NCBI GenBank assembly: GCA_965242695.1
Contig: CBDESU010000002.1
Location: 160,001-224,000, forward strand
Direction: 5' to 3'
Origin: Cenarchaeum sp.
GTDB taxonomy: Archaea; Thermoproteota; Nitrososphaeria; Nitrososphaerales; Nitrosopumilaceae
Length of the DNA stretch: 64,000 nt
Shown here: in pieces, positions 50,452 to 59,087 of the stretch
Layout: each line of letters opens with the position of its first letter
Numbering within the stretch: position 1 is the first letter of the stretch
Position numbers and translations under genes: made by a program
The notes under the pieces: model-generated
The model's database searches: none
What the model saw: only the letters and a program-made list of their open reading frames with translations
What the model was told of the DNA's origin: nothing

Positions 50452-52278
50452 TTGACCCTCCTCATGGCCTCGCAGGCGGACGACGGCGCCGCGGCCGTCT
50501 CCGACCGCAAGGAAGGCCGCCCCGACAAGGAGGTCACAAAATGCCACATGGTCGATAGCGGCCGGTTCTACATCGCCCTTGCCGGCGACGGGAGGGCCGC
50601 AAGAGGGCGGCTCCGGAGAGTCGCGGAGGGCAGGACGGTCCAGGCCACCGTCATAGAAAAAAGGATATGTGATCTTGCCGCGTCCATCTACGACCAAGGC
50701 AGGCGCATGTCAAAGTCGATGGGCGCAAGGCGTGCGGGTTCGGCCTTGTGGTCTTCGGGCGGGGCGGGGCAGAGCTGCACGAGCGATGCACTGCCGAGAT
50801 GGGCACGCTGGAGATACTCTTCCGCATCGGCCCGGCAGCCGGGCAGGCCGGCACAGGCAAGGAATGGGGGCAGGCGCATGGATGACCGCATCGCGGACCG
50901 CATCAAGGCCCTGGCCGGCGAAAAGGATCCGCGCTACTTTGCAGAGAACTCCCTTGGCGACCTGCTCGGGGAGGCCGGAATCGGGCGGGATGCGGCCGAT
51001 ATCGGCGAGGCGACCCGAATGCTTGCCGAATGCGACGTGTATGCGTTTGTCGGGGCCGTATCGAGCGGCCTGCGGGAGACGGCCACCGACTGCGGCGAGT
51101 TCGCCAGGCTGGTCAGCTGCATAGCCGACAAGGTCCGGTACGACCTGGCGCAGGGCCCCGTCGTTCGTGCGCTCATCAAGATCGGCAAGGCCGATCCGCG
51201 CACCGGCGCGGCCCTTGCGTCGCGCCTCGTCGGACTCGGCGATGCGGACTATGCGGCCTTTCTGGCCGGCGGGGCCCGGGCGGGGGCCCCGCGCGAGTGC
51301 GACGATCTCGCCGAATCCCTCCTGTCGTCCGACGATCCCCAGCACGTTGCGGCAGGCCTGCGCCTGCTGCGCGTGGCCCGCGCGGAGCACGGAGAGCCGG
51401 GGGCGGATGCCGTGCTCGACGCGGTCCAGGCGGCGCTCCGCCGCGCCGGCGGCGACGAGCGCGTCGACTGCGAAGCCATCGATTCCCTCCTAGTCGCCTA
51501 CGGCGAGAGCCCGGAAAGGACGGGCCCCATGATCGAGGACCTGGCGCTGAGGCGGCCGGCCTGCCGGCCCGTCCTGACGAGCCGCATCGCCGGCCGGTCG
51601 CCGTTTGGCGGCGACGTGGGCCTGCGCTACCTCGACATATGCGCCAGCGGCCTTGACGAGAAGAGCGCGGACGGCGACGTTCACGACGTCTGCCGCGCCC
51701 TTGCCGGGCTGGCCGGCAGGCAGCCCGAGGGGGTCGCCAGGTCAATCCTCGCCATGGCGGGGAGCGGGGCGTACGCCGACAGGCACGGCGGCCGAGTGCT
51801 GGAGGAGCTGGGCCGCGCGCACGCGTCGGCCGCGTCCGGGGCCATTCTGAAGGTGCTGAGCGGGCCTCACGGGCCGGCGGTGAGCCGCCACCTGCCGTCC
51901 ATGATGCGGCGCCTGGGCACGCACGCGGACATGCGGGAGGCGGCTGGGCCGTTTCTTGGCGCGCTCGACTCGGTGCCCGCGGCTGCACGCCACTGCCTGA
52001 CGGCCCTCTATGCGCTGGCAGTGTGCAACCATCTTGGAAGGCGGGGCGGCGGCGCGGCGGCGGCAATTCTTGGCCGCCTGCGGGATCATGCCGCCAACGC
52101 AGGAGTCCCAGTGCAGGCACGGTACGCATCCGCGGTGGATCCCTGCGCAGAGCTGTGCAGCCTGATCGACGACCTGCGGCGCCCAGGCGCTGCGGCAAGG
52201 AGTGACATGGAGGCTGCCACAGGGTACGTCTTCTTCAAGCTACCATGCGTAAGCACTTCCCGAGCAAGAGCGGCATAG
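50452..52278 (+). CDS. Hypothetical protein: N-terminal Ntn-hydrolase-like fragment in frame with an alpha-helical solenoid protein (probable separate start at 50878)
   Basis: MTLLMASQADDGAAAVSDRK...TK...YIALAGD resembles a proteasome-beta start. The sequence from MDDRIADRIK (50878) on is Leu/Ala-rich and helical. Confidence 0.5.
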   Translation: MTLLMASQADDGAAAVSDRKEGRPDKEVTKCHMVDSGRFYIALAGDGRAARGRLRRVAEGRTVQATVIEKRICDLAASIYDQGRRMSKSMGARRAGSALWSSGGAGQSCTSDALPRWARWRYSSASARQPGRPAQARNGGRRMDDRIADRIKALAGEKDPRYFAENSLGDLLGEAGIGRDAADIGEATRMLAECDVYAFVGAVSSGLRETATDCGEFARLVSCIADKVRYDLAQGPVVRALIKIGKADPRTGAALASRLVGLGDADYAAFLAGGARAGAPRECDDLAESLLSSDDPQHVAAGLRLLRVARAEHGEPGADAVLDAVQAALRRAGGDERVDCEAIDSLLVAYGESPERTGPMIEDLALRRPACRPVLTSRIAGRSPFGGDVGLRYLDICASGLDEKSADGDVHDVCRALAGLAGRQPEGVARSILAMAGSGAYADRHGGRVLEELGRAHASAASGAILKVLSGPHGPAVSRHLPSMMRRLGTHADMREAAGPFLGALDSVPAAARHCLTALYALAVCNHLGRRGGGAAAAILGRLRDHAANAGVPVQARYASAVDPCAELCSLIDDLRRPGAAARSDMEAATGYVFFKLPCVSTSRARAA

Positions 52279-52415
52279 CAAGGGTCGACAGGCGGCCAAT
52301 CCGACCCTGCGGCCGCATCCGTACCGCTAGTGACTAGGTGCGCCCTCGCCTTGCCCCGGAACGGCGGATCGCCTGGCAGCCTAGTCATCTTTCAGCCGAA
52401 GATGGGATCTACGCC

Positions 52416-52950
52416 ATGATCGATGCCACCCCGGCTCCCGTATCTGAGGGATCTGTACTTGCCGCCTTTGATCTGATCGGCGTATGGGCGCTGCCGGACT
52501 CGGCCGCCCTGCATTCCGGCAGGCTCTCGTACGATAAAAACGACATGATACTCACCATTATGGAGCTTGCCAATATCTAGACCGCCTTCCAGAAAATTCC
52601 AGACCGGGCTTCTGAGAAGGCAGACACCATACGCGGGGTTATAGAAACGGGCGAACATGTGCTCCTTGACAGGTGCTTTGGCTTCAAGAGCCAGTTCATG
52701 ATGAACCAATCAGAGCCATGGGCAGACCACGAAGGCAATAAAATTCCAGGAGGCGTCTACACCGTAAGAAGGGCAACGTACAGGGCAAAAGCCATGTACG
52801 TGTCAAAGGCGCCCGTACCCGACAGGCCAGCGTCTGCCATGGTGTCCGTCTCGTACACCAGCCTGTTCACATGGCTGAACAACTATGCCATAAACACAAA
52901 CATCAACAAGGAGTCCGCGCCGATCACGTTTGTGACCCAAGGCGGCGCGG
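52416..52950 (+). pseudogene. ApeA-like N-terminal domain remnant (HEPN part missing); 3' end approximate
   Basis: GVWALP...SGRLSYD...LTI, in-frame TAG at 52578, then TIRGVIETGEHVLLDRC...YRA...LFTWL, matching the ApeA NTD pattern. Confidence 0.55.
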
Positions 52951-53101
52951 CGCCTAAACGGCGGTTCCGAGGTCCGGCGCCGGCTCCATCCACCTGGGAG
53001 TGCGCGCCAAGGGCAGTGTCCAACAAGGATAGGCACGATACTAGGGCAGATGCGCAGTCAAAACGCCCACCCTTCCTCCTAAACATGGCCAGCGTGCTGC
53101 G

Positions 53102-53547
53102 CTAGTCGATGCCGTATTCTCGTGCGATGTGGGGAATCCTTATCTCGCGCACTTGGCTCTCTTCCGTCACTATGACAGGCGCGGGGCCGCCGTCGACGCC
53201 CTCCCTTATGGAGAGTGCAAGCGCGATCAGGTGCGGATCCGCGCGGTCGCGCCCGCTCCTGCGGCCGCCAAGGGACGGGTGGTCGCGCGCCACCCCCGCC
53301 GCTCGCGCGTCCGTCGCACCGGTGCGGGGCACAAAGGCGCTTCTGTGCTTGTCCGCCCACATCACAAGCTCGTCGTTGTCCATGCGAATCTCGTCAAGGA
53401 CGGTGCGGTGCAGTGCAGTGCGAGAGCATCCGCCGATCTGATCATCTCCTCGCAGCGGAGCGCCAAGCTTGGAAACACGCTGGCGGGATAAACCTTGTTC
53501 AGATGTATCCATGTGCTGGTGCCCACGACGTACACCGGACTTTGCAA
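53102..53547 (-). pseudogene. DUF4411 (PIN-like) protein, frameshifted
   Basis: YVVGTSTWI (usual DTS is GTS), YPASVFPSL, frameshift at ~53430, then VLDEI, ADPHLIALA, IVTEE and IPHIA. Confidence 0.8.
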
Positions 53548-53548
53548 T

Positions 53549-54778
53549 TCAGCCGCCCCACACCCTTGCCCGCAGGCCGTCAAAGTGCCTTGCCTTGAGA
53601 TTTAGGTACATGGCCATGTCGCACTCTGTGATAAGGCCGTCCTCTTCCGAGTCTGATACCAGCTGGACGTATCGCCGCCCGCGCCTGTTCAGGCATGCCA
53701 CGTCTGGCGGGACATGCCCGCCGCCCGCCGAGTCCCCAGGCTCCGGCGGGGGCCCCATCTCCCTGTAGCGGCCCAGGTAGGCCCTTTTGGCCGGCCCCTC
53801 GCTCAGGCCAATGGCGCGGACAAGCACCGTACGCCTGCTCAGGAGGAACCTTTGCGACAGCGCGTTCAGGACTCCGCCCACGGCGCGGCCGCCCTCCTCG
53901 TCTAGCGCGGCAAGGAACTCCTTCCTGGGCATGAGAACCGACGAGGCAAACGAGTCGCACCATCCCTCGACCGCCTTTCCGCTGCCAAAGCCGTCGGTCT
54001 CGAGGCTTTCGGGGGCCGGGCGGCACAGGCTCCCGCCGGCGAGCATCACATGCGCGTACTCGTGGAGAAGCGTGAATATGCGGGATCCGACCGCATCGGC
54101 CGAGTTGACCACAATGACGGGCGGCCCCTCGCCCACCACGGCAAGGCCCTTTGCCTCCCCCACGGGAAAGTCCGCCTGCGCGACAAACACGCCGCGCGAC
54201 TCGACCGCGTCCCGCAGAGCGGCGTAGAGTAGCTGGGTCCTGCCGTGCCGGTCAAGCCCGGCCGGGCCGCTCCCGGCCGCGCCTCCGGACACCCCCATGC
54301 GGGCCGACTCGCCGGCTGCGACGAGCTCGGGATCGTCCGTGCACTTCGCCGCCGCCGCCGCCGCCGCGGCCGCCAAGCCGCCTTTGGGGGGCGCAGGATC
54401 GCCCGTGGCGTACTCCCACAGCTCTCGCGCGTTGTGCTGGATTTCGCGCGCCATCTTCACGGCCGAGCACAGCTGCTTGGACGGCGGCGCTTCCGGCGAG
54501 TCGGGTCCGAGCCGAAAGCCGGCCACCGGCGCCTCGCGCGGGGGCTCGGCGGCCATGAAGGCCGACAGGGGCCACTTGATACTCCGGGCAATCCTTCTCA
54601 GGTCGCCCATGCGGATCTCGGACTCGCGCAGCCGCCACTGCCTGATCAAACTGACGCTGATCCCGGTCCTCGATGCCAGCTCGCCGTCCCGCCATCCCGC
54701 GCTGTCCAGGACCCATCGCATCACATGGGGGCTGACCTTTAGTGCGAATCCCTTGCCGCTGGCACTCCCGCCGGTCAT
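53549..54778 (-). CDS. XRE-HTH plus ImmA/IrrE (Peptidase_M78) metallopeptidase
   Basis: N-terminal HTH (VMRW...ELASRTG...IRQW), RIFTLLHEYAHV (HExxH) and EGWCDSFASSVLMP; canonical neighbour of DUF4411. Confidence 0.9.
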   Translation of the reverse strand: MTGGSASGKGFALKVSPHVMRWVLDSAGWRDGELASRTGISVSLIRQWRLRESEIRMGDLRRIARSIKWPLSAFMAAEPPREAPVAGFRLGPDSPEAPPSKQLCSAVKMAREIQHNARELWEYATGDPAPPKGGLAAAAAAAAAKCTDDPELVAAGESARMGVSGGAAGSGPAGLDRHGRTQLLYAALRDAVESRGVFVAQADFPVGEAKGLAVVGEGPPVIVVNSADAVGSRIFTLLHEYAHVMLAGGSLCRPAPESLETDGFGSGKAVEGWCDSFASSVLMPRKEFLAALDEEGGRAVGGVLNALSQRFLLSRRTVLVRAIGLSEGPAKRAYLGRYREMGPPPEPGDSAGGGHVPPDVACLNRRGRRYVQLVSDSEEDGLITECDMAMYLNLKARHFDGLRARVWGG

Positions 54779-54947
54779 GCCCCCGCACCCTCCCGCCCGT
54801 GCGCGGCGCGCTCGGGGCGGGGCGCGGCGCGGCGCGCGATGCGGCGCGGAGTCACGCCCCCGCATCCCGTCCGCGGCATCATGTGCGCCGTTGCCAGCAC
54901 CCCTATATGCCCTGCGATCATGCACTGCGGTCCGCCGGTCCGCGCCG

Positions 54948-55142
54948 CTACTCGCCGTCTGCCAGCACGGCGTCCAGGTGCTCCAAGTACTCCTTGGCGC
55001 TCGGATAGACGGTCGTCTCGATCCTCCCCGACCGTATGTCGTCGATCGTGCGCCGCAGGCTCTCGCTGGGCATCTCGCCGCAGTCCTCCCCCTGCCGTTC
55101 CGTGCACTCTTCCGCCCCGCTGCCGGGCGCCGATCCGTCCAT
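54948..55142 (-). CDS. 64-aa acidic protein, antitoxin-C-terminus-like (copy 1)
   Basis: MDGSAP...PSESLRRTIDDIRSGRIETTVYPSAKEYLEHL; conserved in a second copy together with its upstream TATA-like box. Confidence 0.6.
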   Translation of the reverse strand: MDGSAPGSGAEECTERQGEDCGEMPSESLRRTIDDIRSGRIETTVYPSAKEYLEHLDAVLADGE

Positions 55143-55454
55143 GCGGCCGGCCGCCCCGCGCGGCCATATAGCCGATGCGGGCAGCGGGCCGCCTCCTCCG
55201 CCGCCGGGCCGAACGCCGAGCCTCGTGGCAGCGGCGCGGGTGCGGCTCGGCCAGTCCGTCAAAGGGCTTTGTCGGGCCGGGCATCTGCGCCCTTGCGCCC
55301 GCTGCGCACCTTCGGCAGGCATGCAGTAGCCCCGCGCGGCAGGCGCCGGGGCGGCGCGGTGCCGCGCGCTGGGCGCCTGCGCGGCCAAGGGCCGCCTTTG
55401 CAAAGCCTGCAAGTCGTACCCAAAGGTTATATACACACCGCTGGCCGGCCCGGC

Positions 55455-57230
55455 GTGGGAAGGCGAAGAATCCGGGCGCGATCGGTCGCAAAGCTGCCCC
55501 GCATCGGGCTGGAAGGCGCCGTCTTCAGGCTGTTCCGGCTACTCCCGCTGCTTGCAAGCGCCGACCCCGACATACGCAACCTGGTCGTCATCAGGCTCGC
55601 GACGGTGATCGAGGAGGTGTGCAGGCGCCTGCTGGAGGTGTACCTGGACTCCAACCCCGACGACGACTCGATGGAGCTGATCATGCGGCGCGCCCCCTTT
55701 GATTCCGCCCGGCGCGGAGGATGGGGAGGCGCCGTCGCGGCCAGCCTGAACGTCTCGACCATCGACGGCGTCCGCTCCATCCTCGACAAGTGCGGAGCGG
55801 GCGCCGCGCTGAAGGGGGGCGTGGCAGAGATCCTGATAGACGTCATGAGCCAGCGCAACATGGTGGTCCACGGGGAGGGCGATGCGACCCTAGACGTGGC
55901 AAAGGCCCACCGCGGCGTAGAGGAGTTCGCCCGGGGCGCGTTCAGGGACAGCCCGCCGGTCCAGGTCATGATCGACTCTGCAAAGGCCCACGCGATGGCG
56001 CGGCTGCCCGGCCGCTCCCGGATCGCGCGCGAGCTGCACGAGTCCGTCATCCGCCGGTGCAGGGCGGCCGGCGCGGAGCCGCCCACGCCCGCAATGCTCG
56101 TCTACATGGGGATCTCGTGCGCAGCGCTCGGGCGGAACGCGGAGGCGCTCGGGGCATACGATGATGCCATTGAGATCGACGGAGGAAATGCGGCGGCGCA
56201 TGCCGGGCGCGGCGATGCGCTCGCAGCCGCCGGCCGGCACGGGGAGGCGCTTGCGGCGTACGATGATGCAGTCGGGATCGACGTAGGGAGCGCCGCGGCG
56301 CATGCCGGGCGCGGCAGATCCCTTGCGGCGCTCGGGCGGCACGGCGATGCGCTTGCGGCGTACGATGCGGCCGTCGGGATCGACGGAGGGAGCGCCGCGG
56401 CGCATGCCGGGCGCGGCAGATCCTTGGCCGCCCTAGGCCGGCACGGCGATGCGCTTGCGGCGTACGATGCGGCCGTCGGGATCGACGTAGGGAGCGCCGC
56501 GGCGCATGCCGGGCGCGGCGATGCGCTTGCGGCGCTCGGGCGGCACGGCGATGCGCTTGCGGCGTACGATGCGGCCGTCGGGATCGACGGAGGAAATGCG
56601 GCGGCGCATGCCGGGCGCGGCAGATCCTTGGCCGCCCTAGGCCGGCACGGCGATGCGCTTGCGGCGTACGATGCGGCCGTCGGGATCGACGGAGGAAATG
56701 CGGCGGCGCATGCCGGGCGCGGCAGATCCTTGGCCGCCCTAGGCCGGCACGGCGATGCGCTTGCGGCGTACGATGCGGCCGTCGGGATCGACGGAGGAAA
56801 TGCGGCGGCGCATGCCGGGCGCGGCGATGCGCTTGCGGCGCTCGGGCGGCACGGGGAGGCGCTTGCGGCGTACGATGCGGCCGTTGGGATCGACGGAGGA
56901 AATGCGGCGGCGCATGCCGGGCGCGGCAGATCCTTGGCCGCCCTAGGCCGGCACGGCAATGCGCTTGCGGCGTACGATGCGGCCGTCGGGATCGACGGAG
57001 GAAATGCGGCGGCGCATGCCGGGCGCGGCAGATCCTTGGCCGCCCTAGGCCGGCACGGCGATGCGCTTGCGGCGTACGATGCGGCCGTCGGGATCGACGG
57101 AGGAAATGCGGCGGCGCATGCCGGGCGCGGCGATGCGCTTGCGGCGCTCGGGCGGCACGGCGATGCGCTTGCGGCGTACGATGCGGCTAGGCGCCTTGTC
57201 CGCGGCCCTGATCGCGCCCGGCGCGCCTAG
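55455..57230 (+). CDS. HEPN-domain protein with a C-terminal array of 11 TPR repeats
   Basis: GTG about 25 bp after GTTATATA; VVIRLATVIEE and RNMVVH (RxxxxH) HEPN motifs; 34-aa TPR units such as AAAHAGRGxxLAALGRHGDALAAYDAAVGIDGGN. Confidence 0.8.
   Translation: MGRRRIRARSVAKLPRIGLEGAVFRLFRLLPLLASADPDIRNLVVIRLATVIEEVCRRLLEVYLDSNPDDDSMELIMRRAPFDSARRGGWGGAVAASLNVSTIDGVRSILDKCGAGAALKGGVAEILIDVMSQRNMVVHGEGDATLDVAKAHRGVEEFARGAFRDSPPVQVMIDSAKAHAMARLPGRSRIARELHESVIRRCRAAGAEPPTPAMLVYMGISCAALGRNAEALGAYDDAIEIDGGNAAAHAGRGDALAAAGRHGEALAAYDDAVGIDVGSAAAHAGRGRSLAALGRHGDALAAYDAAVGIDGGSAAAHAGRGRSLAALGRHGDALAAYDAAVGIDVGSAAAHAGRGDALAALGRHGDALAAYDAAVGIDGGNAAAHAGRGRSLAALGRHGDALAAYDAAVGIDGGNAAAHAGRGRSLAALGRHGDALAAYDAAVGIDGGNAAAHAGRGDALAALGRHGEALAAYDAAVGIDGGNAAAHAGRGRSLAALGRHGNALAAYDAAVGIDGGNAAAHAGRGRSLAALGRHGDALAAYDAAVGIDGGNAAAHAGRGDALAALGRHGDALAAYDAARRLVRGPDRARRA
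56190..57190 (+). repeat. 102-bp tandem repeat x10, encoding near-identical TPR units
   Basis: Directly visible at the DNA level with only a few alternating variant blocks. Confidence 0.95.
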
Positions 57231-57264
57231 GGAGACAGTCGCGGCCAGGGCTGCAGCCGCGGGC

Positions 57265-57816
57265 CTAGTCGTCGCAGCAGTCGCAGCGGCGCGAGTCCTG
57301 TCCTATGGCTAGCGCCGAGTCGCTGCAGCAGTCGCAGGCGCACGAGCCCTTTCTTATGATGCGCGCCTGGTCGCTCGTATGGAGTAGCTCCTCGGGAGTA
57401 ATCGGCGACGGCTTGACGCCGTTGCGGGCGTGCATCCCCGGAAGGTAGACGTCGCATGTAGTGCCCGCGTCGTACCATTCGACGTCGAGTATGGTGGTCT
57501 GGTCAGAGTCCTCGTCGACCTCTATCATGCGGTCACGGTTGTACTCTAGGCTGTACTTTCTGTTTTCCTCTAGCTGCGCCTCTAGCTGCGCCTCTAGCTG
57601 CGCTTTTTGATGCGCCTTTTGATGCTCTATGGGGCCGCGCTTTGCCCAGTACGCCCTCTCCGCCTCTACGGCCGCGATCAGCTTGGCGTCCGCGACGTCC
57701 TCTTGCCGCTCCGCAGCCGCCTGCCGGCCCCGGCCGGCGCCCGCCACAGGAGCCGGCGCATCCTCCGGCGGCGTCCCGGCCTCTTGCAGCATGTTGCTCA
57801 CGCGCGGGCCTGCCAT
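57265..57816 (-). CDS. Hypothetical protein with QLEA repeats and a Cys-rich tail
   Basis: ATG at 57816 (or 57792) after a GATATATA box; 12-bp repeat x3; CACDCC and CDCC at the C-terminus. Confidence 0.55.
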   Translation of the reverse strand: MAGPRVSNMLQEAGTPPEDAPAPVAGAGRGRQAAAERQEDVADAKLIAAVEAERAYWAKRGPIEHQKAHQKAQLEAQLEAQLEENRKYSLEYNRDRMIEVDEDSDQTTILDVEWYDAGTTCDVYLPGMHARNGVKPSPITPEELLHTSDQARIIRKGSCACDCCSDSALAIGQDSRRCDCCDD

Positions 57817-57908
57817 AGGCCGGTATATATCATTTGTGCGCAGTGCGATCCCGCTGCCCCATCGCGATGCGGCCGTCGGGATCGACGGAGGGAGCGCCGC
57901 CTGGGCCG

Positions 57909-58103
57909 CTACTCGTCGCCGGCCAGCACGGCGTCGAGGTGCTCCAGATACTCCTTGGCGCTCGGATAGTCGGTCGTCTCTATCCTCCCCGACTCTATGT
58001 CGTCGATCATGCGCCGCAGGCTCTCGCTGGGCCACTCGCCGCAGTCCTCCCCCTGCCGTTCCGTGCACTCCCCCGCCCCGCCGCCGGGCGCCGATCCGTC
58101 CAT
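57909..58103 (-). CDS. 64-aa acidic protein, antitoxin-C-terminus-like (copy 2)
   Basis: Near-identical to 54948-55142. Confidence 0.6.
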   Translation of the reverse strand: MDGSAPGGGAGECTERQGEDCGEWPSESLRRMIDDIESGRIETTDYPSAKEYLEHLDAVLAGDE

Positions 58104-58240
58104 CGGCAGGGCCGCCGCGCGCGCCCATATAGCCGATGCGGTAGGCGGGCGGGGCGGCCGCGCCGTGCCGAAGCAAAGGGGCGCAGGAGGGCGGGGGCGG
58201 GGGGCGATCTTTTTTATGCCCGCCGCATTCCGATGCGGGC

Positions 58241-58720
58241 ATGGACAGGCTGACGATTGATCTCGGGCACATACTGCGGCAGCTTCCCGACCTGGACTTT
58301 AGCATGTCCGACTTTGAGCACCGCCTGCGCATCCAAAAATTCGTCTACCTCGTGCAGGCGTTCGACGTGTACCTCGGCTACGACTACTCGTGGTACCTGC
58401 ACGGGCCGTACTGCACCAGGCTTGCGACGGTCGGCCATGCGCTGACATCCATATACGACATGGTGCCATACGACAAGGACATGGTGTTTGTCAACCCCGC
58501 CGTGCAGGAGCGCTTCGGGCGCTTCAAGAAGTTTATCAGGGGGCGCGAGAACGACAGCGACTTTCTCGAGATCGCCGCGTCTCTGCACATACTCCACAAG
58601 GCATGCGGCATGGCGCGCGCCGACGCTGTCGAAAAAGTCGCCTCAAAGCGGGATCGCTTCAAGGGGGACAGGTGCAACCGGGTCTGGGAGGAGATGGCAG
58701 GATGCGGCCTGATGGCATGA
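58241..58720 (+). CDS. SocA/YwgA-like protein
   Basis: RLRIQKFVYLVQAFDVYLGYDYSWYLHGPYC and LEIAASL motifs. Confidence 0.72.
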   Translation: MDRLTIDLGHILRQLPDLDFSMSDFEHRLRIQKFVYLVQAFDVYLGYDYSWYLHGPYCTRLATVGHALTSIYDMVPYDKDMVFVNPAVQERFGRFKKFIRGRENDSDFLEIAASLHILHKACGMARADAVEKVASKRDRFKGDRCNRVWEEMAGCGLMA

Positions 58721-58968
58721 CGGCCGGCGCGGAGGCGCCCGGCCTGATCGCGCTCCGCGATCCCGACCGCCTGCGATCCGGCACGGGGGACGGGCCGCCC
58801 GACCCGGGGATCCGCCACCTCTTGGAGGATGCGGAGGAGTCCAAGGGGGAGATATTCAAAGTCGGCAGAAGCGCCCCCGGGCCGGGCGAGGGGCGCCCGC
58901 GCGCCGACGAGGTGATCATATTCAGCGCGGGCCTGGCGCTGGGCCTAAAGCGGCAGAGATGGGGCTAG
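58717..58968 (+). CDS. Small hypothetical protein coupled to the SocA/YwgA-like gene (possibly truncated)
   Basis: ATGA overlap; reads MTAGAEAPGLIALRDPDRL...VIIFSAGLALGL. Confidence 0.45.
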   Translation: MTAGAEAPGLIALRDPDRLRSGTGDGPPDPGIRHLLEDAEESKGEIFKVGRSAPGPGEGRPRADEVIIFSAGLALGLKRQRWG

Positions 58969-59087
58969 CGGCCCCGAGGAAGCGGCGCCCTGGAAGCCTA
59001 TGGCGCCCAAGGACAAGGCCCCGTACGGGAGGAGCGGGCCGCCATGCACGGCGGCGGGATCGCGGCGCTCGGCGCCGGGCGGGCCGC

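Noticed and set aside
56190-57900. Diversity-generating retroelement (TPR array with an external template copy)
   Set aside because: There is no reverse transcriptase, the external copy is only 36 bp, and the variation is block-wise rather than adenine-specific.
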